This document shows, piece after piece, positions 54,554-61,309 of a DNA stretch of 61,309 nt (position 1 is its first letter; every line of letters starts with the position of its first letter). The translations under genes and the position numbers were made by a program. The notes below the pieces were generated by a model that was not told the DNA's origin, did not search any database, and was given only the letters and a program-made list of their open reading frames with translations. The stretch comes from an uncultured Candidatus Saccharibacteria bacterium (GTDB taxonomy: Bacteria > Patescibacteriota > Saccharimonadia > Saccharimonadales > UBA4665), in assembly GCA_964654135.1 (NCBI GenBank), contig CAZZHV010000002.1, positions 1-61,309 on the forward strand, written 5' to 3'.

Positions 54554-55708
54554 TTACTGCTCTTCTCCTTGCTCCAGCGCCTTGGGGCCGGCCGCGTTGT
54601 TCTCGAACGTCAGACGTACGAGTAGCGGGCAGTTCTCAAGGTCATCTGAAGTGAGGCCGGTGTTGCTTGCCGCCTTCTGGAGCCAGTCCAGTAGCGCCAA
54701 TCCGGCAAGGGTGGGCTGACCTTCGTCGTCGAGCGGAACCTGTTGCTCCACGATTTCGCGAGCTGCGGATTCCATACTGGCGACAGTCAGTACCGGCGGC
54801 TCGCCTTGAGCGTACTCAAGTGCCAGGTCTTGGCCGTGGACCAGGACCTTGCTGTGAGCGATCTCGATCGTGCCGTCGTTGTTGACGATGTACGTCGGGT
54901 CTTCGACCACCTGGTCTGCGTCATCGACGAAGAGCACGTAGCGAAGCGGACCGACGATGACCGAGACTGTGGCGATCAGCTTGACGAGAGTGTACGACTG
55001 CTGTGCCAGAACCTCAAGGCTGTCCTTGGTGTCTCGGAGCCCCTGCTCTCGGTCCTGGAGCTCTTGATGCGTGGTGCGGAGCTCCTGTAGCTCATTGCGA
55101 GTGACCTCGGCGTCCTTGCTCATGGCTTCGACCACCTGTCGATGCCCGTCGCTGAGCTGGTCAGTTTCCTGCTCCTGCTCTGCGCGTAGGGCGGCGAGCT
55201 GCTCAGCATGTGCCTTGCGGAGGTTGTCGAGTGCCTCTTGATGCCGTTCTTCGCGCAGGCGCACTTGCTCTTGAGCATGTTGGACTTGTCCAGCACGCTC
55301 ACTGAGCTCGGTGCCCTTGACAGTCATCTGCCGGCGGTGTTCGGCCTCTTGGGCCTCGAGGTCAACGATACGCTTCTTGAGTGCTCCATTCTCTTGCTCG
55401 AGCCTGGTGTTCTCGCGGTTGGCGATCCGGGCAGCGTCGGCAGCGTCATCCTTGGCGCGCCGTACATCTTGGGCGAGTGTCTTCACGTCGCTCAGTGCGG
55501 CTTCGAGCATGTTCGAAAGCCTGCGAACGATGAACTCCAGGCCCTGTACGTATGGCGTCGGACGACCGCGGCCAGGCCTCGGCGGGTTGTTGATCCAGAC
55601 TTCCCGGGTCGTGTCGTCGACGACAACCTGGATGTCCTGGAACTTGGGCGGTGCTTCGGTCGAGCCACCGATTTCGGATGCCCGTTCGGACGTTATCTCT
55701 GTCCTCAC
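54554..55708 (-). CDS. coiled-coil protein (GC-rich block)
   Basis: 384 aa, GTG start. Central ~180 aa are Glu/Gln/Arg/Leu-rich coiled coil. A 15-bp-stem hairpin lies downstream at ~54443-54497. Confidence 0.6.
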   Translation of the reverse strand: MRTEITSERASEIGGSTEAPPKFQDIQVVVDDTTREVWINNPPRPGRGRPTPYVQGLEFIVRRLSNMLEAALSDVKTLAQDVRRAKDDAADAARIANRENTRLEQENGALKKRIVDLEAQEAEHRRQMTVKGTELSERAGQVQHAQEQVRLREERHQEALDNLRKAHAEQLAALRAEQEQETDQLSDGHRQVVEAMSKDAEVTRNELQELRTTHQELQDREQGLRDTKDSLEVLAQQSYTLVKLIATVSVIVGPLRYVLFVDDADQVVEDPTYIVNNDGTIEIAHSKVLVHGQDLALEYAQGEPPVLTVASMESAAREIVEQQVPLDDEGQPTLAGLALLDWLQKAASNTGLTSDDLENCPLLVRLTFENNAAGPKALEQGEEQ

Positions 55709-55937
55709 GACTGCTACATCTTTTCTCCACGCAACATATCCCCTGCCTTAGAGGATAGTAACCACTTGAAATCTTAATTCATGTGGATCTCCTAAAAAGG
55801 AGTGCGCGGTGCAAGCGGCCCAGAAATTAGGCCAATTACAGCGCGCACCCAGAGAGATCGACACACATCGCCTCTATTGAGGTGAATACAGCTATTCTAT
55901 AAGTATTTCGCTTATTTAGCAATTTAACGATGTACAT

Positions 55938-55960
55938 AAAAAAGAGGACGTGTGGCCCTC
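55938..55960 (-). terminator. rho-independent terminator of 55967-56314
   Basis: On the minus strand GAGGGC-cacac-GTCCTC followed by TTTTTT. Confidence 0.6.
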
Positions 55961-55966
55961 GTTTTG

Positions 55967-56314
55967 CTAATAGCCGATGTGCCCTTCTGTCTGGTAGGCT
56001 TTGTAGAAATCTTCAACAGACTGCTCGAGTTGTCGCTCAACGCCGTAGTGTCGGGCTATTCCAAGCGCTGCGCGCAAGACATCTTGTATCTCTTTGACGA
56101 GATGCTCGTCGGTAGCCTCACCGTGTTTCTGGTGCTTAATGCCCATCTTCTCTCGGTGGTTTACGGCTGATGCGAGCTCCCCGCACTCCTCAGCTAAGCG
56201 CGAAACACGCTGGAAAGCACTGTTGCCATCCGGGAAGCGTTTGTCGAGTGCTTCAACTATATGGCTCAAGGCAGTAAATGTTTCGAGTTCTTTGTTGTCG
56301 ATAGTCTGTATCAT
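55967..56314 (-). CDS. MazG-like nucleotide pyrophosphohydrolase domain protein
   Basis: Trimmed to the ATG at 56314. All-alpha, with spaced acidic residues (LAEECGELASAV ... EATDEHLVKEIQDVL). Confidence 0.6.
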   Translation of the reverse strand: MIQTIDNKELETFTALSHIVEALDKRFPDGNSAFQRVSRLAEECGELASAVNHREKMGIKHQKHGEATDEHLVKEIQDVLRAALGIARHYGVERQLEQSVEDFYKAYQTEGHIGY

Positions 56315-56434
56315 AGTAGCCTCATGATACCAGATCTTGGCCGGTAAAAATTGGCATGAAAAAACGGCGGAGTACCACAAGTGAAAGCTGGGTGCCTTCA
56401 AGCATGTGATACTCTCACCGTTGATTCATTCATG

Positions 56435-57475
56435 TCAGTCTCGGCTGTCGATGTGCTTGATGTCCAAGCGCTTCTGACCACCCCACTGGACCTTGTCCAT
56501 CTGCAGGTCACCGTGCCACGGCTTGATGTCGTCGGGCTCGATGATGCCGGCCATGAATTGCAGCCAGTCGGTCAGCAGGTCGCTGCCACCCATGGTCTCG
56601 CGGAGGATGAACTCGCCGTAGCTGAGGCAACCTCCCGAGGGGCGCAGGTTGATCTCGAGGAATTTGATGTTGCCGTGTCGGTCGTACATGTACTGCACAC
56701 TTACCAAGCCGTGCAGCCTGAGGGCCTTGACGATGTGGCGGACGTGGTCCATGATCTCGTGGTTCGAGCGGATGATCTGCGTGTTGGCGCTGACCTTCTC
56801 ACGAACCATCCACTTGAGGAGCTCGCCGTCGACGCACAGTGCGTCGATGCTCAGCTCGGGACCGGTCAGCATCTCCATGACAAGGAAGCGTTCCATGCCC
56901 TCCTTTTCTTCGAGCCTGCCGACTTCGTGCGCGAACATCTCGGGCGTGATCTTGCGGGCCTCCGGGTCAGCCAGCAGTTTGGCATTGGGGGTGATCTCCC
57001 AGAAACCACCGCCGTTGACTCCACGCGGAGGTTTGATGCAAACCCTTTGGCCGTCGGCGAGACGAGCCTTGATCTCTTCCATGGTCCGGTGAACACCGAC
57101 TGTCTCGACGCCTTCGGGCTGGAACATGCTGTTTCGCATCCAGCTGGCGCAGCTGACCTTGTCGTTGACCATCTGGAAGGTCTTGTGCTTGCAGACGGCG
57201 TGCACCGGGGCCGAAGTGATGTACGAGAGATCGTACATCGACGACGAAAGCGGCCAGAAGGCCTTGAGCTGGTGCTCTTCGACGAGCTTGTCGAACGTAG
57301 CGGCTGCCTCGGTCTTGTGGTCGAACTGCGGCAGGTCGACCACGTCGAGACCGAACTCGATCGACGGGAAATGCGCTGTTCGCGGCAGGACGATCCTGAC
57401 GCCGGAACTCTGTGCCGTGTAGGCCAGTGCGGCCATGCTGTAGGTGAAACCGAGCAGAACACGCGGCTGTGACAT
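56435..57475 (-). CDS. ATP-grasp domain protein (GC-rich block)
   Basis: 346 aa. CIKPPRGVNGGGFWEI ... FLVMEMLTGPELSIDAL ... IKFLEINLRPSGG. Confidence 0.7.
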   Translation of the reverse strand: MSQPRVLLGFTYSMAALAYTAQSSGVRIVLPRTAHFPSIEFGLDVVDLPQFDHKTEAAATFDKLVEEHQLKAFWPLSSSMYDLSYITSAPVHAVCKHKTFQMVNDKVSCASWMRNSMFQPEGVETVGVHRTMEEIKARLADGQRVCIKPPRGVNGGGFWEITPNAKLLADPEARKITPEMFAHEVGRLEEKEGMERFLVMEMLTGPELSIDALCVDGELLKWMVREKVSANTQIIRSNHEIMDHVRHIVKALRLHGLVSVQYMYDRHGNIKFLEINLRPSGGCLSYGEFILRETMGGSDLLTDWLQFMAGIIEPDDIKPWHGDLQMDKVQWGGQKRLDIKHIDSRD

Positions 57476-57600
57476 GACGCTCCCCTTCGGGGTTGTGGTG
57501 GACGTGTGGTTACGGTTCTTTCCGTAGACTGATATGAATGAACGTACTACCAGCTGTTTTGGACGGTATGAGAACCGTAGAGACTACTGTAGACGTGCAT

Positions 57601-57629
57601 ATTATGCATTAAAGTTGCACTAAAGTCAA
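57601..57629 (-). promoter_or_regulatory. sigma70-type promoter for the GC-rich ATP-grasp gene
   Basis: On the minus strand TTGACT-17 nt-CATAAT, in an AT-rich spacer. Confidence 0.45.
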
Positions 57630-57648
57630 TTTATAACACCCCTGTTGA

Positions 57649-58413
57649 CTACGCGAGTGATCGCTTCTTGTATGCCTGGATAGACAAAAGGTAGAACACC
57701 ACGAGAATGCCAGCGCTCCAAGCGAATGCGAGGCCAGCTTTGTTGCCGGCAGTGCCGTTGGTCAACAAAGAACGCATGGTTTCGATGATCGGCGTAAATG
57801 GCTGGTTGTTGGCGAAGCCACGAAGTACAGGCGTCATTGCAGATGTTGGTACAAAGGATGGGCTCAGGAAAATAAGGAACATCAGGAGATAGCTGAATGA
57901 ACTAGCGCCTTCTACGGATGCAGCCTTAATGCCAAAGTATACTGCCATCCAAGTGAGGGCCAATGTAAGGAGCACAAGGAGTCCCGCAAACAGGAGCCAC
58001 TCTGATAGCCCTGCGTTTGTGCGGAAACCCGCCGCGAATGCTACGCCGAGAACGATCAAAGATGAAAACAAGTTAGAAAGTGCTGATGACGCTGCTTGCC
58101 CACCCAAGATAGAAGATGGTGCAATTGGCATGGTGCGAAAGCGATTGACGATACCCTTCTGGACATCGGTGTTAAGACGAAAAGCTGCGTATGCAATGCC
58201 ACTTACCACCGTAAAGATGATAATTCCCGGCGTAATAAAATTGATGTACTTAACTGAGCCAGCCTGGCTCTCGAGCGCACCGCCGAGAACGTATACGAAC
58301 ATCAGCAGCAATGCGACTGGGGTGATTACAACGGTGATAAGCGTGTCCGAACTACGAATAATGTGTTTCAGGCTGCGCTTGGCCATAGTCCAAGTGTCTT
58401 TAAGTGCGTGCAT
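57649..58413 (-). CDS. ABC-2 type transporter permease
   Basis: 254 aa, 6 TM. Immediately downstream of the ATPase gene. Confidence 0.85.
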   Translation of the reverse strand: MHALKDTWTMAKRSLKHIIRSSDTLITVVITPVALLLMFVYVLGGALESQAGSVKYINFITPGIIIFTVVSGIAYAAFRLNTDVQKGIVNRFRTMPIAPSSILGGQAASSALSNLFSSLIVLGVAFAAGFRTNAGLSEWLLFAGLLVLLTLALTWMAVYFGIKAASVEGASSFSYLLMFLIFLSPSFVPTSAMTPVLRGFANNQPFTPIIETMRSLLTNGTAGNKAGLAFAWSAGILVVFYLLSIQAYKKRSLA

Positions 58414-59349
58414 TTATTTTTCCTCCTTGTTGTTTTTGCCTGTGAGTTTAAAGAATACGTCGTCGAGCGTTGGTACTTGCTGTGAGAAGTCGGTTGGCTC
58501 GATCTTGGCGTCGCGCAAACGGATAAAGAGATCGGCAATTTGCGCGGCACTTCCGCCACTAGAGACAGTTAACGTTACGCCTTCTTTTTCGGTAATTTCG
58601 TAGTTTTTGCCTAGGGCTGCACTCGCGATTTCAAGTTGTTTCTCGTCCTGGAACGTGAGCTTAATGAGTCCGCCAGGAACAAGTTTTTTAAGCTCGGTGG
58701 CTGTGCCACTCGCTACAATCTTGCCTTCGTGCAAGACAGCGATGGTGTCAGCGAGTTCGTCTGCTTCGTCCAAATATTGAGTGGTCAAGAAAATGGTCGT
58801 ACCACTTTTAGCAAGGCTGTGAATTGTCTGCCACATACTGCTGCGAGCTTCTGGATCGAGCCCGGTAGTTGGCTCATCTAAGAAGATAATGGATGGATTG
58901 CCGATCAGGCTCATAGCGATGTCGAGCCGGCGACGCATACCACCGGAAAAGGTTGCTGCGCGACGGTCGGCAGCATCAACAAGGTCAAACTGCTTGAGTA
59001 AGTCGGTAGCGGTTTGCGCTGAACTGCTAACGTGACGCAAATCACTAATGAGTTCTAGGTTCTCGCGAGCAGTAAGCATATCGTCGACTGCCGCAAATTG
59101 ACCAGTGAGGCTGATGCTTTGACGAACTTTTTCAGGCTGCTTGGCAACGTCAAAACCGTTGACGCTTGCTTCGCCACCATCGGCGTTCATAAGTGTGGTC
59201 AAGATGTTAATAGTTGTGGTCTTGCCTGCGCCGTTGCTGCCGAGCAGTGCAAAAATTTCGCCGCTCTGTACTGTAAAATTGACGCCCTTAAGTACCGAGT
59301 TTTTCTTGAAGCCTTTGGTTAACTCGGTTACGGTAATTGCTGGTTTCAT
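58414..59349 (-). CDS. ABC transporter ATP-binding protein (DrrA-like)
   Basis: Walker A GSNGAGKTT, signature FSGGMRRRL, Walker B IIFLDEPTTGLD. Confidence 0.95.
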   Translation of the reverse strand: MKPAITVTELTKGFKKNSVLKGVNFTVQSGEIFALLGSNGAGKTTTINILTTLMNADGGEASVNGFDVAKQPEKVRQSISLTGQFAAVDDMLTARENLELISDLRHVSSSAQTATDLLKQFDLVDAADRRAATFSGGMRRRLDIAMSLIGNPSIIFLDEPTTGLDPEARSSMWQTIHSLAKSGTTIFLTTQYLDEADELADTIAVLHEGKIVASGTATELKKLVPGGLIKLTFQDEKQLEIASAALGKNYEITEKEGVTLTVSSGGSAAQIADLFIRLRDAKIEPTDFSQQVPTLDDVFFKLTGKNNKEEK

Positions 59350-59361
59350 ATGTTCTCCTCT

Positions 59362-59706
59362 TTATTTTCCAAGTTTTTTGGCGATGGCGTCGTTGAGCTT
59401 GTCGCGTAAGCCATCGGTGTATGTTTTTTCGCCACGAATGAGCTCTTCTACAAAAGCTGCTACATCGTTACCAGTAACGTCGGTTACATGCTTGCCTGCT
59501 GCAGCGCCTTCTTCGAAAAGTTCCACCAAGCGTTTAAACAAGTTGCTTGGGTCCATAAGACCGGTGCCGCCCTTCCAGACATAGTGTTTGATTTCGTCAT
59601 ACACAACTCGATACTCTTCTGGTAGTGCTTTGGCGCGTACTTGCAGCGCCTTCCACTCTTTTTTGTCTTCTAGATCGCCCAAGATTTTGTTTAGAAAGTC
59701 GCCCAT
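59362..59706 (-). CDS. DUF1048-family protein
   Basis: Trimmed to the ATG at 59706 after AAGGGGGA. ILGDLEDKKEWKALQVRAKALPEEYRVVYDEIKHYVW. Confidence 0.65.
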   Translation of the reverse strand: MGDFLNKILGDLEDKKEWKALQVRAKALPEEYRVVYDEIKHYVWKGGTGLMDPSNLFKRLVELFEEGAAAGKHVTDVTGNDVAAFVEELIRGEKTYTDGLRDKLNDAIAKKLGK

Positions 59707-59707
59707 A

Positions 59708-60193
59708 TTATTCCCCCTTATTTTTATCGGATCGTTTCTTGTGGTATTCACTCCACTCTTCGTACAGTTGCGGTATTCGTTCTGCCAGGAAGTCACCCAG
59801 TGAAGCGGCTGCTTCGAGCGGCTGTCGTCTTTCTGGCGTGGCGTCTTTAAGGAGCTCTAGTCCTTCGCGGGCCAAGCGTGCGGTTTCTCGGTATTCGCTT
59901 GGGTCAAAACCGGTATTCTCCGGATTAAGTGGACTCAAGCTAATGAGATCGGCGCGACTGCCAGCTGGACGCGTACGCGTAATAAGTTTTTGTGCTTCCA
60001 TTGTCTGGATCGCGTTATTTACCGCGCTGCGGCTGGTTAGTAATGTTTCGGCAATGTCGTTAATCGACTGCTCTGCTGGATCACACACCGACAGGTAGCC
60101 CATTACCCTGCCCGTTACTGGCGGATAGCCGTAGCGCTGTGCAAGGGATTGGCCCATGTGGTCTGCGTAAATCAGTACTTTATCTTTATCCAT
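59708..60193 (-). CDS. GbsR/MarR-type winged-helix transcriptional regulator
   Basis: Trimmed to the ATG at 60193. YPPVTGRVMGYLSVCDPAEQSINDIAETLLTSRSAVNNAIQTMEAQKLI. Confidence 0.7.
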   Translation of the reverse strand: MDKDKVLIYADHMGQSLAQRYGYPPVTGRVMGYLSVCDPAEQSINDIAETLLTSRSAVNNAIQTMEAQKLITRTRPAGSRADLISLSPLNPENTGFDPSEYRETARLAREGLELLKDATPERRQPLEAAASLGDFLAERIPQLYEEWSEYHKKRSDKNKGE

Positions 60194-60236
60194 ACTCAGT
60201 AGTATACACAAATGACTGAAATAACACAAATTTGTG

Positions 60237-61202
60237 TTATTTGGAGAGTAAGCGCGCTAATTTCTTGCCTATTTCCATGCCAGTTTCCTGCTCAATAAAT
60301 GCCCACTGCCCGATAGGATTATTCTCAATAAACCAGACGTTGCCATGTATATCTTCCACGAGGTCAATCGCGCCATAGCTAAGTCCGAGTTGGTGTACGT
60401 GCTGCCGGCAAAGATCTGCGATGGCTTTCGGCATGGTATATGTCTCAATAGTGAGCGAGTTGTCAAATTGACCCGGACGCCAGTCACGAATTACTGAATC
60501 CATTTTTTGGTTGGGTGCACTAATCCGCGCTGCGAAGACATCGGTGCCAACAACGGTAACACGAAGGTCGGCTTTGGTTTCTATTGCCTCCTGAAAGAAG
60601 GACGGCGCCAGGGAAAGACCCGATAGATCAGGCGGAGCATCGCTGCTGAATTTGGCGGCAAACTGCATTTTTTGGACCCCATTAACACGTGGCATAACTT
60701 GCGCTAGCCGCTTTACTATGACATTTTTTTGCTGGTCAATGAATTTTCGTGCAGCAGCCTGATCGGATGTGGCTAGAGTATCCGGTACTTGGAAGCCAAG
60801 CTTTTGGGCAAGGCGTAGTTGTCTCAGCTTGTTGCCGGCCTGTCGTACCGCAGATGGATCGGAAATCCAAAGAGAGGGTTTAAAGGCTCCTTCGAATAAG
60901 GTAATAAGCTCATTTATAGCTGATGCGGCGTAGCCCCTATAGGCTTCCTCCACTGCTACCTGACTGGGCTCGACCGCAACTGGATGTCGCAACCAAATAC
61001 CAGCAACTGTATGTGCATCAAGTGGAATGTCATCGTAAACGATGGTTGTTGTGCCTGATTTGTAGCGATACGACAAAAGAGCGCCCGCCAAGACTTTCTG
61101 TGGATCAATAATCAAAAGCGGGCTGCTCAAATGTCGCTGCACAAATGGCAAGTGTGCGTCGTTACTGTCGGCAAACGCTATGACGCGTCGAGGGGCGGCC
61201 AC
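60237..61202 (-). CDS. MvdC/MvdD-like (RimK-related) ATP-grasp protein
   Basis: GTG start. NKLRQLRLAQKLGFQVPDTL ... DLRVTVVG ... RDWRP ... YGAIDLVEDIHGNVWFIENNPIGQW. Confidence 0.75.
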   Translation of the reverse strand: MAAPRRVIAFADSNDAHLPFVQRHLSSPLLIIDPQKVLAGALLSYRYKSGTTTIVYDDIPLDAHTVAGIWLRHPVAVEPSQVAVEEAYRGYAASAINELITLFEGAFKPSLWISDPSAVRQAGNKLRQLRLAQKLGFQVPDTLATSDQAAARKFIDQQKNVIVKRLAQVMPRVNGVQKMQFAAKFSSDAPPDLSGLSLAPSFFQEAIETKADLRVTVVGTDVFAARISAPNQKMDSVIRDWRPGQFDNSLTIETYTMPKAIADLCRQHVHQLGLSYGAIDLVEDIHGNVWFIENNPIGQWAFIEQETGMEIGKKLARLLSK

Positions 61203-61215
61203 GAACTATGGCGCC

Positions 61216-61309
61216 TTATCGACTGCCGCCGCCATTTCCGCCACTACCACCGTTGCCGCCGTTGCCACCGCCCCTTCTGCCACCGGCTTGGTCGTCCTTG
61301 CCCTTAGCC
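61216..61309 (-). CDS. 3' end of a Gly/Asn-rich ORF (5' part outside the window)
   Basis: Minus-strand frame reads ...AKGKDDQAGGRRGGGNGGNGGSGGNGGGSR-stop (TAA at 61216-61218). Lies 13 nt upstream of the ATP-grasp start. Confidence 0.35.
   Translation of the reverse strand, partial: AKGKDDQAGGRRGGGNGGNGGSGGNGGGSR

Noticed and set aside
1-61309. Alternative genetic code (UGA recoding, as in some CPR lineages)
   Set aside because: All housekeeping genes (topA, der, ftsI, murG and others) read through at full expected length under the standard code, with no in-frame TGA interruptions needed.

Overview
61.3 kb of densely coding bacterial chromosome that reads cleanly under the standard genetic code. 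By eye, background GC is in the mid-40s %. I saw no rRNA, tRNA, CRISPR array, transposase or integrase.

Gene content suggests a reduced-genome Patescibacteria/CPR organism, possibly Saccharibacteria-like. This is inference from content only. The supporting features are:
- a stripped-down dcw cluster: mraZ-rsmH-ftsL-ftsI-mraY-ftsW-murG-ftsQ;
- topA, dprA, der, pth, radC, yvcK and rnhA;
- a CDP-alcohol phosphatidyltransferase translationally coupled to a CarS-like gene;
- a sigma-region-4/HARE-HTH protein;
- a histidine kinase/response regulator pair.

The most striking feature is a compositional mosaic. At least six sharply bounded GC-rich, GC3-dominated blocks sit in the AT-richer background: ~3060-3700, ~29780-32530, ~40600-41530, ~47640-52070, ~52810-55780 and ~56420-57480. 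None has a mobility gene. Where I could read the upstream region, each is preceded by a short AT-rich patch with a near-consensus sigma70 promoter. They encode mainly envelope or secreted proteins. One encodes a complete lipid-linked glycosylation trio (Ppm1-like GT2, GtrA-GT2 fusion, PMT/ArnT-like GT-C) that looks actinobacterial.

Other items worth follow-up:
- a promoter-to-terminator ~400-nt structured leader or ncRNA at 29.6-30.0 kb;
- a divergent pair of tail-fibre/tailspike-like genes with no other phage genes;
- a possible KwaB-like + small membrane protein + Pif1 helicase module;
- an OmpR-type wHTH fused to sigma70 domains;
- a response regulator with a ~500-aa Pro/Ala/Thr/Glu tail;
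- a 940-bp repeat-bearing non-coding gap where ftsA/ftsZ would be expected;
- a DnaA-box cluster plus GTGGG (MraZ-type) repeats upstream of mraZ;
- an MvdD-like ATP-grasp next to a Gly-rich ORF and an ABC exporter.

All functional calls rest on motif recognition by eye. No searches were run.
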